Shown here piece by piece: positions 36,142-49,549 of a DNA stretch of 64,000 bases; position 1 is the stretch's first letter, and each line of letters starts with the position of its first letter. A program made the translations under genes and the position numbers. The DNA is from Eledone cirrhosa (taxonomy: Eukaryota). The notes under the pieces are model-generated. The model was given only the letters and a program-made list of their open reading frames with translations, was not told the origin of the DNA and did no database searches. The DNA is taken from contig OZ024742.1 of the NCBI GenBank assembly GCA_964016885.1, forward strand, positions 251,844,001 through 251,908,000. Reading direction: 5' to 3'.

Positions 36142-38816
36142 CCGTATATACTCGTGTATAGGTCGCCCCGGCAGATAGGTCGCATACCCACTTTTCATTT
36201 AACAAATAGGCTATTTGCCATTGACTCGCAGATAGGTCGCACTGAAATTTGGACCGTCAAACTACTATTTTTTATGATAATTGAAACTAATAATCTGTTA
36301 GCTTTTCATTACTTCACCGTTGCGATATATATGCCAAACCATGTTTTATTTATAAAATAAACATTAACGTCATCGGAATTTTGTCAATTCGAGATTACTG
36401 CGAGATAAAGCCTTTAAGCGTGAAAATTAACTCTTAATATAGTGAAACAACTTGAAATAACACGTCTTTTTTAACGTTGAAAGTATAACAGATTTTTAGC
36501 GTATCAACATGGCTTCCCAAAGTAGCGAATACCGACTTTGAAGGTTTTACATGCGACGACATTCGAAATGAAAAAGAAACACAAGATAATATTAGTGATT
36601 TATCTTCAAATGAATCAGACGTATTTATTTCTGACGATGATAGTTACTTTGAAAGTGAAAGCAAAGATCTGACGGACACACCATTGAAAATATTACAGCA
36701 ACGTGGTTGAAAGATACAACACCAATACATGTTCACACCTGTTAATGAACTTATATATTGGGAACACTCTGTTACATAAATTTACACCATACATTGTGTA
36801 AGAGTAAATTGCAAATATTATTTTGACTGGTGAAAAGGTTTTAGACATTTTTTTCAATGAAAATATTTGCCTGGGATGTAGAGAAAGACTAAAACCTTGT
36901 ACTAATTATATCTGCATTTTTAATTAATTCACCTGTTCGGAAAACTGCTAGAATTGATGGAAGTCAACATTTAGGTCATTATTGAATTTTTTTGCAACAA
37001 ATCTAACAGTTAAGGCAGATAAAGTTTAAATTTTTGTGTTTATCCATAAAGTTATTACTTTTACACCTGTTAATTAAATAGTTTTTTCATTTCATCATCT
37101 GTAACTGTGCATTCGTTATAATAGTCATTCAATTCATCTTCACATTCTTCAATATCATCTCCCTCATCACTCTCCGCATTTTCTGTCTTTTCACCAACTA
37201 AATCCTCATATAACACATCATCTTCAGTCCCATCCATCGCATTTGATATGCCTCATTTTTTGAAAGCCTTCATTATTAACTCTTCGGGGATACTTTCCCA
37301 AGCCTTCTTCACCCACTCCACCACTAATGTCAAGCCAGCTCTTTTCAATGATCCACCTTTGGTAATTTCTTTTTCACCTGATATCATCCAAGAAGTCCAG
37401 AGTTTACGGATATAAGTCTTGAAGGGCTTATTTATTGCTACATCATTTATTGCAACCACCAGGAATCAGTGCTTGTCTTGTTTTACAATCCTTCAGCTTA
37501 GCCTTTACAGACTCACAGCAGTGAGATCGAAACATATCCCAAACTAGCAAACTTTGTGGCTTCAGTAATGCCCCTGTCCTTTTCATCCTCACTTCATCAA
37601 GCCATAACTTTGTGAAGGTATATCCAAAGGGCTGGATGGACGAGAACTTAACAATCACATCGCTTGGAAAATTCTCTTTCAGGATAATTTTCCTTTTGAA
37701 AATAACCATAGGGCGAAGTTTTTTTCCATCAGCCTGGCATGCTAGAACAACAGTAAAATGTTGTTTTTCATGACCTGTGGTTTTGACTGTAACAATTTTG
37801 TTACCTACACTATTCACAGTTGTGTTGCCTGGCATGTCAAAGTACATGGGTGTTTCATCCATGTTGGCTATATTCTCCATGGCAAAATCAAACATTTTTC
37901 TTTCCTTTAACACAAATTTTACAAAATTGTGTACTTTGTCATCAATATCTTTTGGCAGCTTTTGTGCAATATGTGTCTTTTGAAGAAGAGTCAGTCCAAA
38001 CCTATTTATAAACCTGGTGCACCACCCTGCTGACGATTTAAATTGGGATAAGTGGTACTTTGGTGCAAGTTGAGGGGCTTTCGTTCTTATAGAAAGTCTT
38101 GTAACAATGTGTCCATTTTCCCTATCTAAAACCCAATCATTTAGCTCTTTTTCAAGATTTTGATATGGTGATACTCCAAACCTTGCTGCTCTCTTTGATT
38201 TAGGCATTTCTCCCAGCTTGTCTTTTTGTTTCCTCCAACCTCTCACCACCTTTTCTGACACTAAAAACTCCCTTTCTGCTGATCTATTTCCAAATTCTTC
38301 TGCATAACCAACCACCTTTAACTTGAAAACTGTTTGATAACTTTTTTCTTACCGGAATTCATATTTCTCAGTGAATTATAAAAAAAATTTCAACTATCAA
38401 CTTTTCTCACTTGCTAATTTTGAAAAGAAATGGCACATGCAATAATCTGTTTCCTGTTAAAGTAAATACGTCACAATACGTGTTCATAGCAACGCTAAGA
38501 CAATGGAATCACATTTTAAATACCGGGTATGCATTTCTATGGATTTTAATGATGGATGGTTCGGTCAGATAGAAAAAAACGTAAACACTACAAAGTTTTA
38601 GTAAAAAATTTAAAATCTAGAAATATATGTATAAGAAGGTAGATATATGAAATTATTATGTTAAATAATAAAAAATATTAACAAAGTTATTTTTATAAAT
38701 ACCCATCGTCTATGAAAAATCATTGGTCAGTCTGATGTCGATCGGATAGGTCGCATCCCAAAAATTTATACTTATTTATCGTTAAAAAAGTGCAATCTAT
38801 ACATGAGTATATACAG
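36142..38816 (-). mobile_element. pogo/Tigger-type (Tc1/mariner superfamily) DNA transposon with TIRs and TA target duplication
   Basis: Left TA|ccgtatatactcgtgtataggtcgc and right gcaatctatacatgagtatatacag|TA form an imperfect 25-bp TIR. The flanks rejoin into an RTE coding frame. Confidence 0.88.
37150..38362 (-). pseudogene. pogo-family transposase (Brinker/CENP-B HTH + DDE_1), frameshifted
   Basis: MNSGKKKSYQTVFKLKVV...FKSSAGWCTRF...NMDETP...KTTGHEK.HFTVVLAC.ADG.KL...LVWDMFRSH...IPGGC, then a frameshift into DVAINKPFK...WVKKAWESIP. 3' limit approximate. Confidence 0.85.
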
Positions 38817-39255
38817 TATGCCTTTTCAAGGTCTAGAAAATAAGACTATAACTCTTGGCCATACTCCCACGATTTCACAAAGACCTACCTGTGTGAATAT
38901 TTGGTCAACTGACCTGTGTCTGGTGCAAAAACCATACTGTTTGTCAGGTAGCTTGTACTTGACAATATCCCTACATTTCTTTGCTAGATGCTTAGCATAG
39001 ACTTAAATAGGGAGGCTTAACAAGGAGATTCCTCTATAATAAGAGCAATCTCTCTTGATTCCCTTTTTTGAAATTCATTATTGACATAGCTTTTGACTTT
39101 CAACACGTGAGACATAAATTATCAAAAGATTTAACAATTTGCAGTAAGAAAGTAATCAGAAGAACACTGATACATGACAATATAAACATTAACTGTCACA
39201 TTTTTCAAGAAGACTTTCTTTCTCCACTCTTTTTCTGTATTTCCTTAATCCATTT

Positions 39256-42200
39256 ATCATCATCATCATTTTACGTCCGCTTTTCCCTGCTTGCAAGGGT
39301 GGGACAGGTCTTATTCAGCAGAGCATCTCTCCACTCGTCACGGTCCTTCGTCATCTCCACCGTGAGCTTCAATGATCTGAGGTCTGTTCTCACCACCTCC
39401 GCCCATGTTTTTCGTAGTCTACCTCTACCACGTCTTCCTTCAACTGGCATTTCCTGGCACTTCTTCACCCATCGGTCATCCTCCATGCGCATCACATGTC
39501 CATACCACCTCAGTCTCCTCTCCCGTACACTACATTCTATCCCTCTCAGACAGAGTTTCTCTCTCAACACATTTATGCTGGGTCGTTCACGCACATTTAC
39601 ACTGCACATCCAACGGAGCATGCTTGCCTCATTTCTCTCCAGCCGTCGCATATCCTCTGCAGTTGCTGCCCATGTCTCACTACCATGCAGCATCGCGCTC
39701 CTCACACAGGTATCATACAACCGGCCTTTCATATGCAGGGAGAAACCCTTCTTCATCAACAGAGGAAGCAGCTCCCTAAACTTCTTCCGACCCGTCCTTA
39801 TTCTAGATACTATCGCCTCGGAACACCCTCCTCCCATGCTAATCTGATCTCCTAGGTACCAGAAGCTATCCACCACTTCTATAGCGCCCTCCTGCATCTG
39901 AAAAATGTGTCTATCAATGCGACTTCTACTGTCTAATTTCCCTGTACATCTACTGCATACATATTTCTCCCTACCTGTTAGTTTGCCTGCTATCCCGCTA
40001 CATCTCTTGTGTACCCAGGATCTGCATTGTGTGCATTTTATAGAATTTATGCCAGTTCCTTTTCTGCATATCGAACATGGCCATTTCCCTGACGGAATCA
40101 GGGTTTTGTCCTCTTTTCTACTCATCAACACTTTTGTCTTAGCTAGGTTCACTCTCAGTCCTCTTGCTTCCAACTGCTGTTTCCATAGCCAGAATTTATT
40201 CTCTACCTCCTCTACTGATTCTGCTATAAGAACCAGATCGTCAGCATAGAGAAGTTCCCATGGACAGCCAGTCTTAAACTCCTCTGTTATGGCTTGGAGG
40301 ACTATAATGAACAAGAGCGGGCTGAGGACCGAACCTTGATGTACTCCTACTTGTATCTGGAATTCCTCACTAAACTCCATTCCTACCCTGACTTTACTGA
40401 GAGTACCTCTGTACAAAGTTTGCACTGTCCTCACAAGCCATTCCTCAACACCTAGCTTCCTTAGGGACCACCAGATGACAGATCGGGGTACCCTATCAAA
40501 GGCCTTCTCTAGGTCAACAAAGGCTAAGTATAGTGGCTTATTTTTCTCTAAGAACCTCTCTTGCAATTGTCTCACCAAGAAGAGGGCATCTGTTGTACTC
40601 TTCCCAGGCACAAAACCAAACTGCATCTCATCTAGTTTGACCCTTTCTATAATTAGTTGTGCTAATATCCTTTCTGCCACTTTCATAACCTGATCCATCA
40701 GTTTTATACCCCTATAATTGCTCCTCTCCAGAGCATCCCCTTTACTTTTGTAGCAATTTATGAGAATACTGCTGCACCAGTCTTTGGGTATGACACCACC
40801 ATATATAGCCTGATTGATGATGCGTGCAACCAGTTTAGTGCCTACGTCCCCTGATGCCTTCAGCATCTCAGCAACTATTCCCGATGGTCCAGCAGCCTTA
40901 CCATTTTTCATTTCGCTAATCGCCTCTTGGACCCTATATTCGTCAATCTCAATAGCTGGTCCCTCTGTCAGATCTACTAAGGGTAATTTCTCTCTCTCCC
41001 ATTCGTTCTCCACATTCTCTCATAATGATATTTCCAGGCCTCCTTTTTCTGATCATTCGTGACACTTAGTACACTGGCATCATCCCGGACACATTTATCT
41101 CCAACAACATCCTGATTTGCATTGACACACTACCTTGCAATGTGGAACACCGCACGCCTCTGATCTTCCCGTCGCAGAACATTGGCAAACCTCCTACTCT
41201 CTGCCTCCCTGCGTGCTAAGTACACCTGACGTCTAGCTTCTCTCTTAGTGGCTGTATATTCTTCCCTACTCCCACCCTTTTTCCAAGCCTTCCATGCTAG
41301 TCTTTTGTCTCTAATGGCCTTAACTACTGTGCTGTTCCACCACCAGGTCACTCTCTGTCTGGTTGGAGCTCTGCTCCAGCCACAAGTTTCATCAGTAGCC
41401 TGCAGCAAGTTGTCACGTAAGAAATTCCAGCTATTATCTATGTCATACGTCTCTAAATCGTCTTCTTTTTCGTCATATACATCTTGAAGGGCTTTCCTAA
41501 ATTTGTATTTTAGTGAAAGGTCTTTTAGCTTCCAGAATTTTCTTCTCCACACCTTCCTGTATGTCTCATTACATCTCTTGCTTATTGAGATATCACTAAC
41601 GACTAACCTATGCTGTGGGGTACATTCTTCCCCAGGGTATGCCTTGGTATTAGACACTATCTGCCTGTCCCGCTGCCTAACTAGTAAGAAGTCAATCTGG
41701 CTTATGAGCTCACCAGATTTGTAGGTTATTAGGTGATTGGCAGGTTTCTGGAAGTTTGTGTTGCAAATAGTCAATGTACCTGCATCACAAAATTCAAGAA
41801 GTCTCACTCCTTCATTTCTTGAGCCGTAACCGTGCCCACCATGTACCCCAGTGTAACCATCCTGGAGCTGTCCAACATGACCATTGAAGTCTCTTGCTAG
41901 CATAACGATGTCTCCGTCCTCTGTCATTGCGGTTGTTTGTAAAAATTGCTCGTAAAAGCAGTCTTTCTCATCTTTGCCTAGGCCTGCTTGGGGAGCATAG
42001 GCCGAGATGATTGTCAGTAGTCTCCTGCCTACAACTAATCTAAGCTTAATTATTCGATTACTAACTCGAACTACCTCTATTGTCTTATTGATCCATTTCT
42101 CAGCCAGGAAAATGCCTACTCCCCTAACCCATCATCCTTACCTACCCAGAATAGCTTATAGCTAAGACATTTGCCTACGACTAGTCTCGCAGAGGCACCT

Positions 42201-42698
42201 CTCCATCTCACCTCTTGCATGCAGCACACATCCACACGCCTTCTCTCCAGCATCTCCGCTATTTCAGCAGATCTACCTCTAAGAGTGCCAACATTAAGTG
42301 TTGCAACTCTGAGATGCGACGTCTTCATATTTTGTTGTTCTTCCTATTTGTTGCTGTGCTGATAAGCGTTTTGGTATTGATACACTGGTTGGATGCCCTT
42401 CCTAACACCAGCGCCACTTTACAGCATGGACTGGGTGCTTTTATTTGTGCCACCAGCACTAGAGAAGATGTCTTACTAGACTCAAGGGCCCTCTCTACCT
42501 CTCCATTTTACAGCATGGTCATTAAAAAAACCCCCAAAAAAACCTTATTGACACGACACACACACACACACACTCATGCATACAAACCACAAACACACAC
42601 ACGCCACTCACATACCAACACTCATTCATGCATACAAACACACATATATATATATATATATATATATTACTGGCAGTACTGATACAAAATCAAAATCA
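39256..42698 (-). mobile_element. RTE LINE family B, full length but frameshifted
   Basis: ORF pieces 42116-42328, 41130-41927 and 39271-41013 (ATLNVGTL, QEVRW, FVDLEKAFD, LYADD). The stop codon abuts the (GAT)n tail. 5' region shared with 23840-24202. Confidence 0.92.
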
Positions 42699-42739
42699 TG
42701 TCAACTGTTGACTTTTCCCAGTCCAGTTCAGTTTTTATA

Positions 42740-44407
42740 TAATAATAATAATGGTTACAAGGCTGAGAGGGAGATCCCCCATTTATCTTATATGGATAGT
42801 TTAAAGCTCTATGGTGAGATTTTGAAAACAGTCACGGAGTTCACAAAAGACATAAGCATGTAGTTTGATATGGATAAGTGTAAAAACTATGTTCAAAACA
42901 GTAAAGTTAATAAAGAGTGAATCAGTCATGCTTGACACAGACACAATCAAAAACTAGAGCAAGTAGAATACAAGTACCTCAGGATTCATGAAGGAGACTA
43001 TATACAACATGGCACAAAAAAACAAAACAAATGCATCAGGAGAGTTTGAGCCATCCTAAAAACTAAACTGGATGAAAAAAATAATAAAATAAGTGCCCTA
43101 AATAGCAGTCCCAGTTGTAACTTACAGCTTTAGTATCATCAACAAGGAACATAATTGAAATTAATTGGATAGTTACAAAGATCTGAAAAATATTGATATG
43201 CAACAAAATGCACCCTCACCCCAGGCAGATGTTTATCATCTGTACCAGCAAAAGAGCAAAGGAAGCAATGGGAACTACACAACTTGAACTATCATCTAAA
43301 GCAGCAAAATAGGGGTGGTCAGATATGTAAAGTTCACAAAAGATTGGACGTTGTCACAGGTTGTAGATCACAAAACCATAAAAAAACTGCATTCAAAGGC
43401 AAAAGAATATCAAATATATGCCATGATGATAGCAATGAAAATATAAGCCTTTCAATAAATGAGTAACTGGAAAAAACTGCCACCAGGCAAGCTAAAGCAT
43501 CAAGCAGCTAATTAAAATGCAAAGTCAAGAAAAATTAGAAGATCAATGGAAGAAAAAGCCTCTGCGTGGGCAGTATACACTCTGAAGCAAACATGCTGAT
43601 ATTGACAAGAAAACAACTCATCATTGGCTTAGGAGTTTGGAACTAAAAGCAATGACAGAAGACAACACAAGATCAAAACTTGCTTTGCAGAAACTATCAA
43701 CTCCATGCCTTAAAAAATGGTTCAGATCCCTTGTATGCAAGATCTGTTATCAATATGAAGAAACAATAGAACATCTTATTTCAGGCTGTCTGCCACTGAC
43801 ACCAAATGAGTTTAAGACCTGTTTTAACAGAATAAGCCAATACATACACTGGAAGTTATTCAACCACTGCAAAATGAGTACAGCCATCAACTGGCATGAA
43901 AACCACCTAGAGCCAGTAATGGTAGGAGAAAATGTGACAATACTTTGAGATTTCCCTGTTAGCACAGACCAGACAATTCAAGAAAACAGACTAGATATCA
44001 TTATCATTAAAGTGGATTGGCAGAATCGGTAGAGAGTCAGACGCCATGCTTTCCAGCATAGTTACGTCCCTTTATGGTCTGAGTTCAAATCCCGCCGAGA
44101 TTCATTTTGCCTTTCATCCTTACGGGGTCGATAAAATAAAGTACCAGTAATGTACTGGGTAATTGCTGGCCTTGTGCCAAAAGTAGAAACAATTATCATC
44201 AAAAAACAGGAAAGATAACACCTGCAAATTAATTGATAAGATTATTCCATCAGTAAAAGAATTTGAAAAACTAAGGCAATAGGTCTGATAAGAAAAGTAT
44301 GTGAGAAAGACCTTAGCAATATCTCAAGTGAATCATCTATTTAGGAAATTCAAAACATATTATTGACTAGCACTGCACACATACTATAAAGAGTTCTCTC
44401 AATCTAA
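42740..44407 (+). mobile_element. Degenerate R4/Dong-like (restriction-like endonuclease) non-LTR retrotransposon, 3' part
   Basis: IPHLSYMDSLKLY (cf. HL.YMDD.KL), YKYL, CKICYQYEETIEHLISGC, YIHW, (W)DFP..TD.TI..NR.DII, TAHIL; many stop codons. Confidence 0.65.
44008..44195 (+). mobile_element. tRNA-derived SINE with Deu/Nin-like central domain
   Basis: A box tggcagaatcgg, B box gagttcaaatcc, body gcctttcatccttacggggtcgataaaataaagtaccag. Possible target-site duplication attatcat. Confidence 0.75.
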
Positions 44408-45991
44408 ATATGAATTTCAGTCTACCTGTAAATTAATGTGACATACCTTTAAAAAGGGGCTTCTCCTCTGAATTTAAATTATACTTTATACACCTCTAGA
44501 TTTCCTATATATTCAGCACCAAGTTATATATACAAAGCATATATTTATTTCTGTAAATAATGTGCTTTTGTGGCATCATCTACACAGGTAGCTGAAAGCA
44601 TCTACCCATTCATTTACCTTCTCTAGCTCCAAGTCATTGGTAATAGCCATGCATGTGATTGTTTAAAACTCACAAAAGAAGGAATAAAAAAAAAATAATA
44701 ATAAATCAGAACCAAATGCCTATGAAAAAAATAGAAAATACATGTCTCCTAATAGGCATATCAATTCCAATGGATGACAGTTTATATCTAAATTAAATAG
44801 AGATATTATCCAAATATACATTACTAATAATAGAGATATCTCAATAAATGGGATTGGAAACAGAAGCATCTTCCATAATATATGTCTTGGTTTTGATAAA
44901 GAGATCTAGACAAATCTATCGACAAAATGAGAGGATTTGCACATTCAAACAACATACAGAAAACAACACTACTTGGCATTGTGAATTATTGGATAAAATG
45001 CCTTGTAGTAAATGCCCTTTATATTCTGTGTTCAAATATCACCAAAGTCAATTTTGCCTTTCATTCTTCTGTGGTTAATAAAATAATATACCGGTCAAGT
45101 ACTGTGGGTTGATATATCTCTCCCACAAGTTTGGTGCTTTGTGTCTGTCTATGTTAGAATTCAATATTATAGGAAAAAGCAAAAGAATACTACACATACC
45201 CGAGGTATAGATATATGCACTTGGCTCCAAATCAAGCCTGATTGAACAGACCTATGATCAAAAGCATTCCAGCAGTAACCGTCCATTTTTTTTATGAAGG
45301 GTGTAACATAAAAGGGATTTAGCTATTATTCTGGTACTCTGTCAATTTGTCCACCAGCAGCTCTTTGGAAATAATTTCTAATACTCATATACAGCAAGTA
45401 GTGGGTATCTGCATAATGCTCACCTCAATTTTAAAGTCAAAACACACGAACAGAAAATTGAACACGTGGTGAAAAAAAGAGCAATGATCACCTAGCACAA
45501 ATGTTAATCTCAGTTTCAAACTAGGCTTATCTGGGAAAAGAGTAATATTGATTTACAATCTGTCCTTATGAGGAGATTTTACTTAACAAGCAAATGGCAT
45601 GTATAAAAAAATGAAAAGAGGAAAAAGAAAAAGGGAGGCAAGTGGCACTGGAGTTTCCTTCTGATGATTTTTGAGGCAAGCCAATACACTCACAGTATTT
45701 CCATGGGTTGATAGTGAAGTTTTGATACTGGAGCACCCTTGTGAGATAACCTGATACTTCGGTAAGGCAAGACACCAACAATGACAAGAAACTTCATTAT
45801 CAGCACTCCAGCTCCCCCAAGCATCTGGAACAAGTAATTTGCTGATAATTCTTGATCTCATTTATCATGCCTTAGGAGACATGACTCATAAAATTCTCAA
45901 GTATATTATTTATACCTGAAATAAATCTCTTAATCTAAAAAACTAATATTTTTTTCAAGAAAATATTGTTTAACTTAATCCAGATACTTAC

Positions 45992-46099
45992 ATCTGATGA
46001 AATGTCAAAACACCATTGTATTGCATAGACCATATTTTTTGAAGGATCCAGTGAAGTTTTCTTTATTTTTAAATTAACATCAGGAAGATCTGGTAACAT
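45992..46099 (-). CDS. HELZ2: HELZ2-like helicase, exon D
   Basis: Acceptor ttttactctacag|ATG and donor GAT|gtaagt. 108 nt, MLPDLPDVNLKIKK...WCFDISSD, phase 0/0. Confidence 0.7.
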
Positions 46100-46151
46100 C
46101 TGTAGAGTAAAATACAACAACGAAAATCAAGATTTATTTTCTGAAAAAGAT

Positions 46152-46292
46152 ATAATTGTTTCTACGTTAGGCACAAGGCCAGCAATTACCCATTGCATTA
46201 CTGGTACTTTATTTTATCGACCCCGTAAGGATGAAAGGCAAAGTTAACCTTGGTGGGATTTGAACTCAGAATGGCAAGGGCCGTACCTCTAT
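46152..46292 (-). mobile_element. tRNA-derived SINE, same family as 44008
   Basis: ctggtacttttattttatcgaccccgtaaggatgaaaggc...gggatttgaactc is the reverse complement of the body and B box. Confidence 0.7.
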
Positions 46293-46384
46293 ACGTCAGA
46301 GCAAAGATATAATGATATAAGAAGTGGAAAGCAAATGCTTAACAAGATATGAGAATTCAGAATTCAGAATGCATATCATGAAAT

Positions 46385-46632
46385 CATCATTATTATTATC
46401 ATCATCGTTTTAATATCTACTTTCCCTGCTAGCAAAGGTTGGACAGGTCTACATAGACCAAGCCAGTACTGAAGCAGGACTATTGATCTTCCAGACAAGC
46501 CAGGGATCTGCATCTTACTTATGTATGGTCTTACGTTCTATCGAGTGCACAGATGTTGTCATGTTTTTGACACAACTGAGAGTCCCCCCAACCCTTTGTT
46601 TGGCAAGCTTTTTACGGCTGGATGCCCTTCTC
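46385..46632 (-). mobile_element. RTE-type 3' tail / non-autonomous derivative
   Basis: Similar to 35245-35495 (tttccctgctag.aa.ggtt...catagaccaag.cagtactgaag...ggatgcccttc); CAT-rich tail. Confidence 0.6.
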
Positions 46633-48034
46633 AGGAGAGGGAGATGAAGGATGTGGGTTGGGGGCTTTGAAAGTGAAGGAGGTAGGATGAAGGAGTATTA
46701 AGATCAGAGAAAGGGATGAATATATATATAGGTTGACTCTTCTATTTGGATATGAATCCATCAAGGTTGATCCATCTTAAAAATAGAAAGAGATATAGCT
46801 TCCACACCAATAATTTGTTAAAGAGGAGGTCACTCTGAGATAATACAGAACTGAGAGGATAGCTCTAAGTATTGTAAGTCTTGATGATGTTGACATGATA
46901 ATTGTATCTTGCAATTAAATAATTTTTTTAAAAGTATAGTGAGACTGAGACACTTCCTCGTGAAAGACCATATTCTAGTTCGTATGTTAATTCTATAAGA
47001 TCAGACACTTGATGCAAAAACATAGCAGATAACAGCAACTCTTAAATTTTAGTTTCCCCTTAGTCTTCTTGCCTCAACATTATTTATAAAACCTTTAAAA
47101 CTATAATGATGCTTGTGCCAATATTGCTTCAACTACTGGCTATCTTACAAGTATTGCATCAGCTTTCTGAAATGATTCCAGAAGATGGAATTTACATTGA
47201 CATGGACTTCTATCAGTGGTTCATTTGTTTTATCTAGGTAACAATAAAATCAACAAATATTTGAAGGCCATTTTTCTTGCTTGAACAGAAATTAATGTTG
47301 AAGGGCTCCATAGCAGTCTCAATTTTACCCATAAGATTCCCTTTTTGAAACAGTGTTTTGGATGCTGTTCCTGTTTCCAAACCTTTTAGTCACCTCTTAT
47401 GAAACAAACATACAATGTCCCAATTCTAAAACTGGATGCACATATTATCTCATCTAGATATTTAATAGATATTTAATTCTACCATCCATGAATTACATTC
47501 AGAGTTAGCCTACTATATGCTTGTCACTGCTTATCAGCTGTGACAGGAATAAACTATTCTTGTAGCTTAGTAATTAAAATGTCAAATGCTAAAGCAAAAA
47601 AATATTGGAGTTGAGATTAAAGGTTTGCTAAATCAATTTTTGCTTCAGCTTAGATAATCATCATTGCATGGGTTAGAGAGGTTGTCACATTATAAAAAAA
47701 AGTCAGGTCAGGTGACTATGTTTTGCTCATATGGATCTGTATTTTGGCTTAATTTTTACCATTGGATGCCCTTCCTAATGCCAACCATATTAGAGTGTGG
47801 ACTGGGTGCTTTTTATTGTGGCACCAAAACAACCATCTTCCAGGTTAGAATGGGTGCTCTTTTGTCATGTCACGACCACGACCACATTATAGGGTGGACC
47901 AGGTGCTTTTTGTTGAGTCACCAATACCACCACCTTATAGGGTGGACTAGGCACTTTTGATATTATTAATTTAAACTGTATTTTTACTCTTCAAGAATAC
48001 TTTTAGATATAACAAAAGTAAGTGAAAAACTTAC

Positions 48035-48365
48035 AGGTCTAGTCAAATCTGTACAACATTTCATTGCAATGAGTTTCATTTCATTATTTTCAGGTTTCTG
48101 TATCACTTCAGGTTTCTGTATCACTTCAGGTTCCTGTATTTTTTTAGGCTTCTGTATTTTTTCAGGTGTCTCTCTTTTTGGGGGTTTCTGTATTTTTTCA
48201 GGTTCCTGTTTTTTTTCAGGTGTCTCTCTTTTTTGGGGCTTCTGTATTTTTTCAGGTTTCTGTATTTTTTCAGGTTTCTGTATGTTTTCAGGTTTCTGTG
48301 CATTTTCATGTTTCTCTGTGTTTTCAAATTTTTTCTGTGTGTATAGTGGGGGAAAAGATTCATTG
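48035..48365 (-). CDS. HELZ2: HELZ2-like helicase, exon C (contains 6-aa IQKPEK tandem repeat)
   Basis: Acceptor ttaatttgcag|c and donor ACCT|gtaagt. 331 nt open frame NESFPPLY...CTDLTRP, phase 2 in and 0 out. Confidence 0.7.
48088..48325 (-). repeat. 18-bp coding minisatellite (IQKPEK-type units)
   Basis: Repeated ttcaggtttctgtattttt-like units inside exon C. Confidence 0.85.
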
Positions 48366-48439
48366 CTGCAAATTAAAGTTAAAATATAATACATTAATAA
48401 ATTTAAGAAAATAATTTAATAAATTTAAGAAAATAATGA

Positions 48440-48590
48440 TTTTTAATTTAGGCACAAGGCTAGCAATTTTGGAGGAAGAAGGGAAAGTTGATTATATTGA
48501 CCCCAGAAGAATGAAAGGCAAAGATGGCCTCGGTGGGATTTGAACTCAGTATTTCTATGATGCTCTAATGACTCTGCCAATTTGCCAATG
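48440..48590 (-). mobile_element. Degenerate tRNA-derived SINE
   Basis: ggcacaaggctagcaatt...gacccc...atgaaaggcaaag...gggatttgaactc...ctgccaatt. Confidence 0.6.
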
Positions 48591-49549
48591 ATTATATATG
48601 AAAATAATAAAGTGAATCATAGTTCTTTCATGAAATTTTAGTAAGTTCATGCTTATATTTTCACACTAAACTCTGAATCATAGTAATGTATACCCGTTAT
48701 CATAATTTTGCAATGTATTGGCTTAAGATTATTTATGTATATTTTCGACTAATATAATATATTCCAGTTTATTATATTCTATAATATATTCTGGTTTATT
48801 CTATATTATATTCTAGTTTATATTATTTTATATTATATTATTTTAATTCTAGTTAATACTATATTATATTATATGTAAATAAGCAAACACCTAAATCTGA
48901 ACATAAAAACACCTAAAATAAGTTCAAAGTAATCACCAAATGTCCCAATATGTAAAATAATACACTTAGAAAACAAAACCAACAATAAACAAAACACCCA
49001 GGGAATTCTTCTTATTGTGTCCACAAGCTGTAGTGTATTGAGTTTGTTCTACTTTCAGTCTTCACACATGTTATTATTGAGTAAATTAAGAAAATATTTG
49101 ATGCCATTATGCATTATATTATTGTATAAATCTGTAAAATCCTATTATATATGTATATGTATGAATGTATATGTAGCAATATCTGTAGGTGCGAAAAAGA
49201 AAAAGGAAAACAGTGCTCAATCGGGTAGAAAGCAGAAATATATTATTTATATGTTCATTCACAGAACAAAGGCATGTAGGAAGCTATGTTTCGTGTATGA
49301 ACATAAATAATATAATATATATATTTTTTATCTCTATATATTTTTGGTATTATATACTTTATTATATTGTTATATTATTATACTACTTTGTTATGACTTT
49401 ATTATTTTTTTACTATCCTATATCTCATCTCATGGCATTTGATTGTATATGTAATACTACACCGCATAGTACTTTCCATATATAATATAGTATATAATAT
49501 AATATTCATTGACTCCTATATTCAGTAATAGCTGTGGATTTAATTTAAT

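Larger units (their letters stand above)
35245..39070 (-). mobile_element. Old degenerate RTE-clade LINE interrupted by a pogo transposon
   Basis: AGMKISTAKNE...QVEKFKYL..VFTSDGR...ARI; PFNVGVRL; LEKAY|D split at the pogo TA site. (CAT)n tail at ~35245. Confidence 0.7.

Noticed and set aside
44008-44100. tRNA gene
   Set aside because: A and B boxes are present but there is no cloverleaf, and it continues into a SINE body repeated elsewhere in the window.
46740-47480. Possible highly decayed LINE RT on the minus strand
   Set aside because: No motif was clear enough to support a call.
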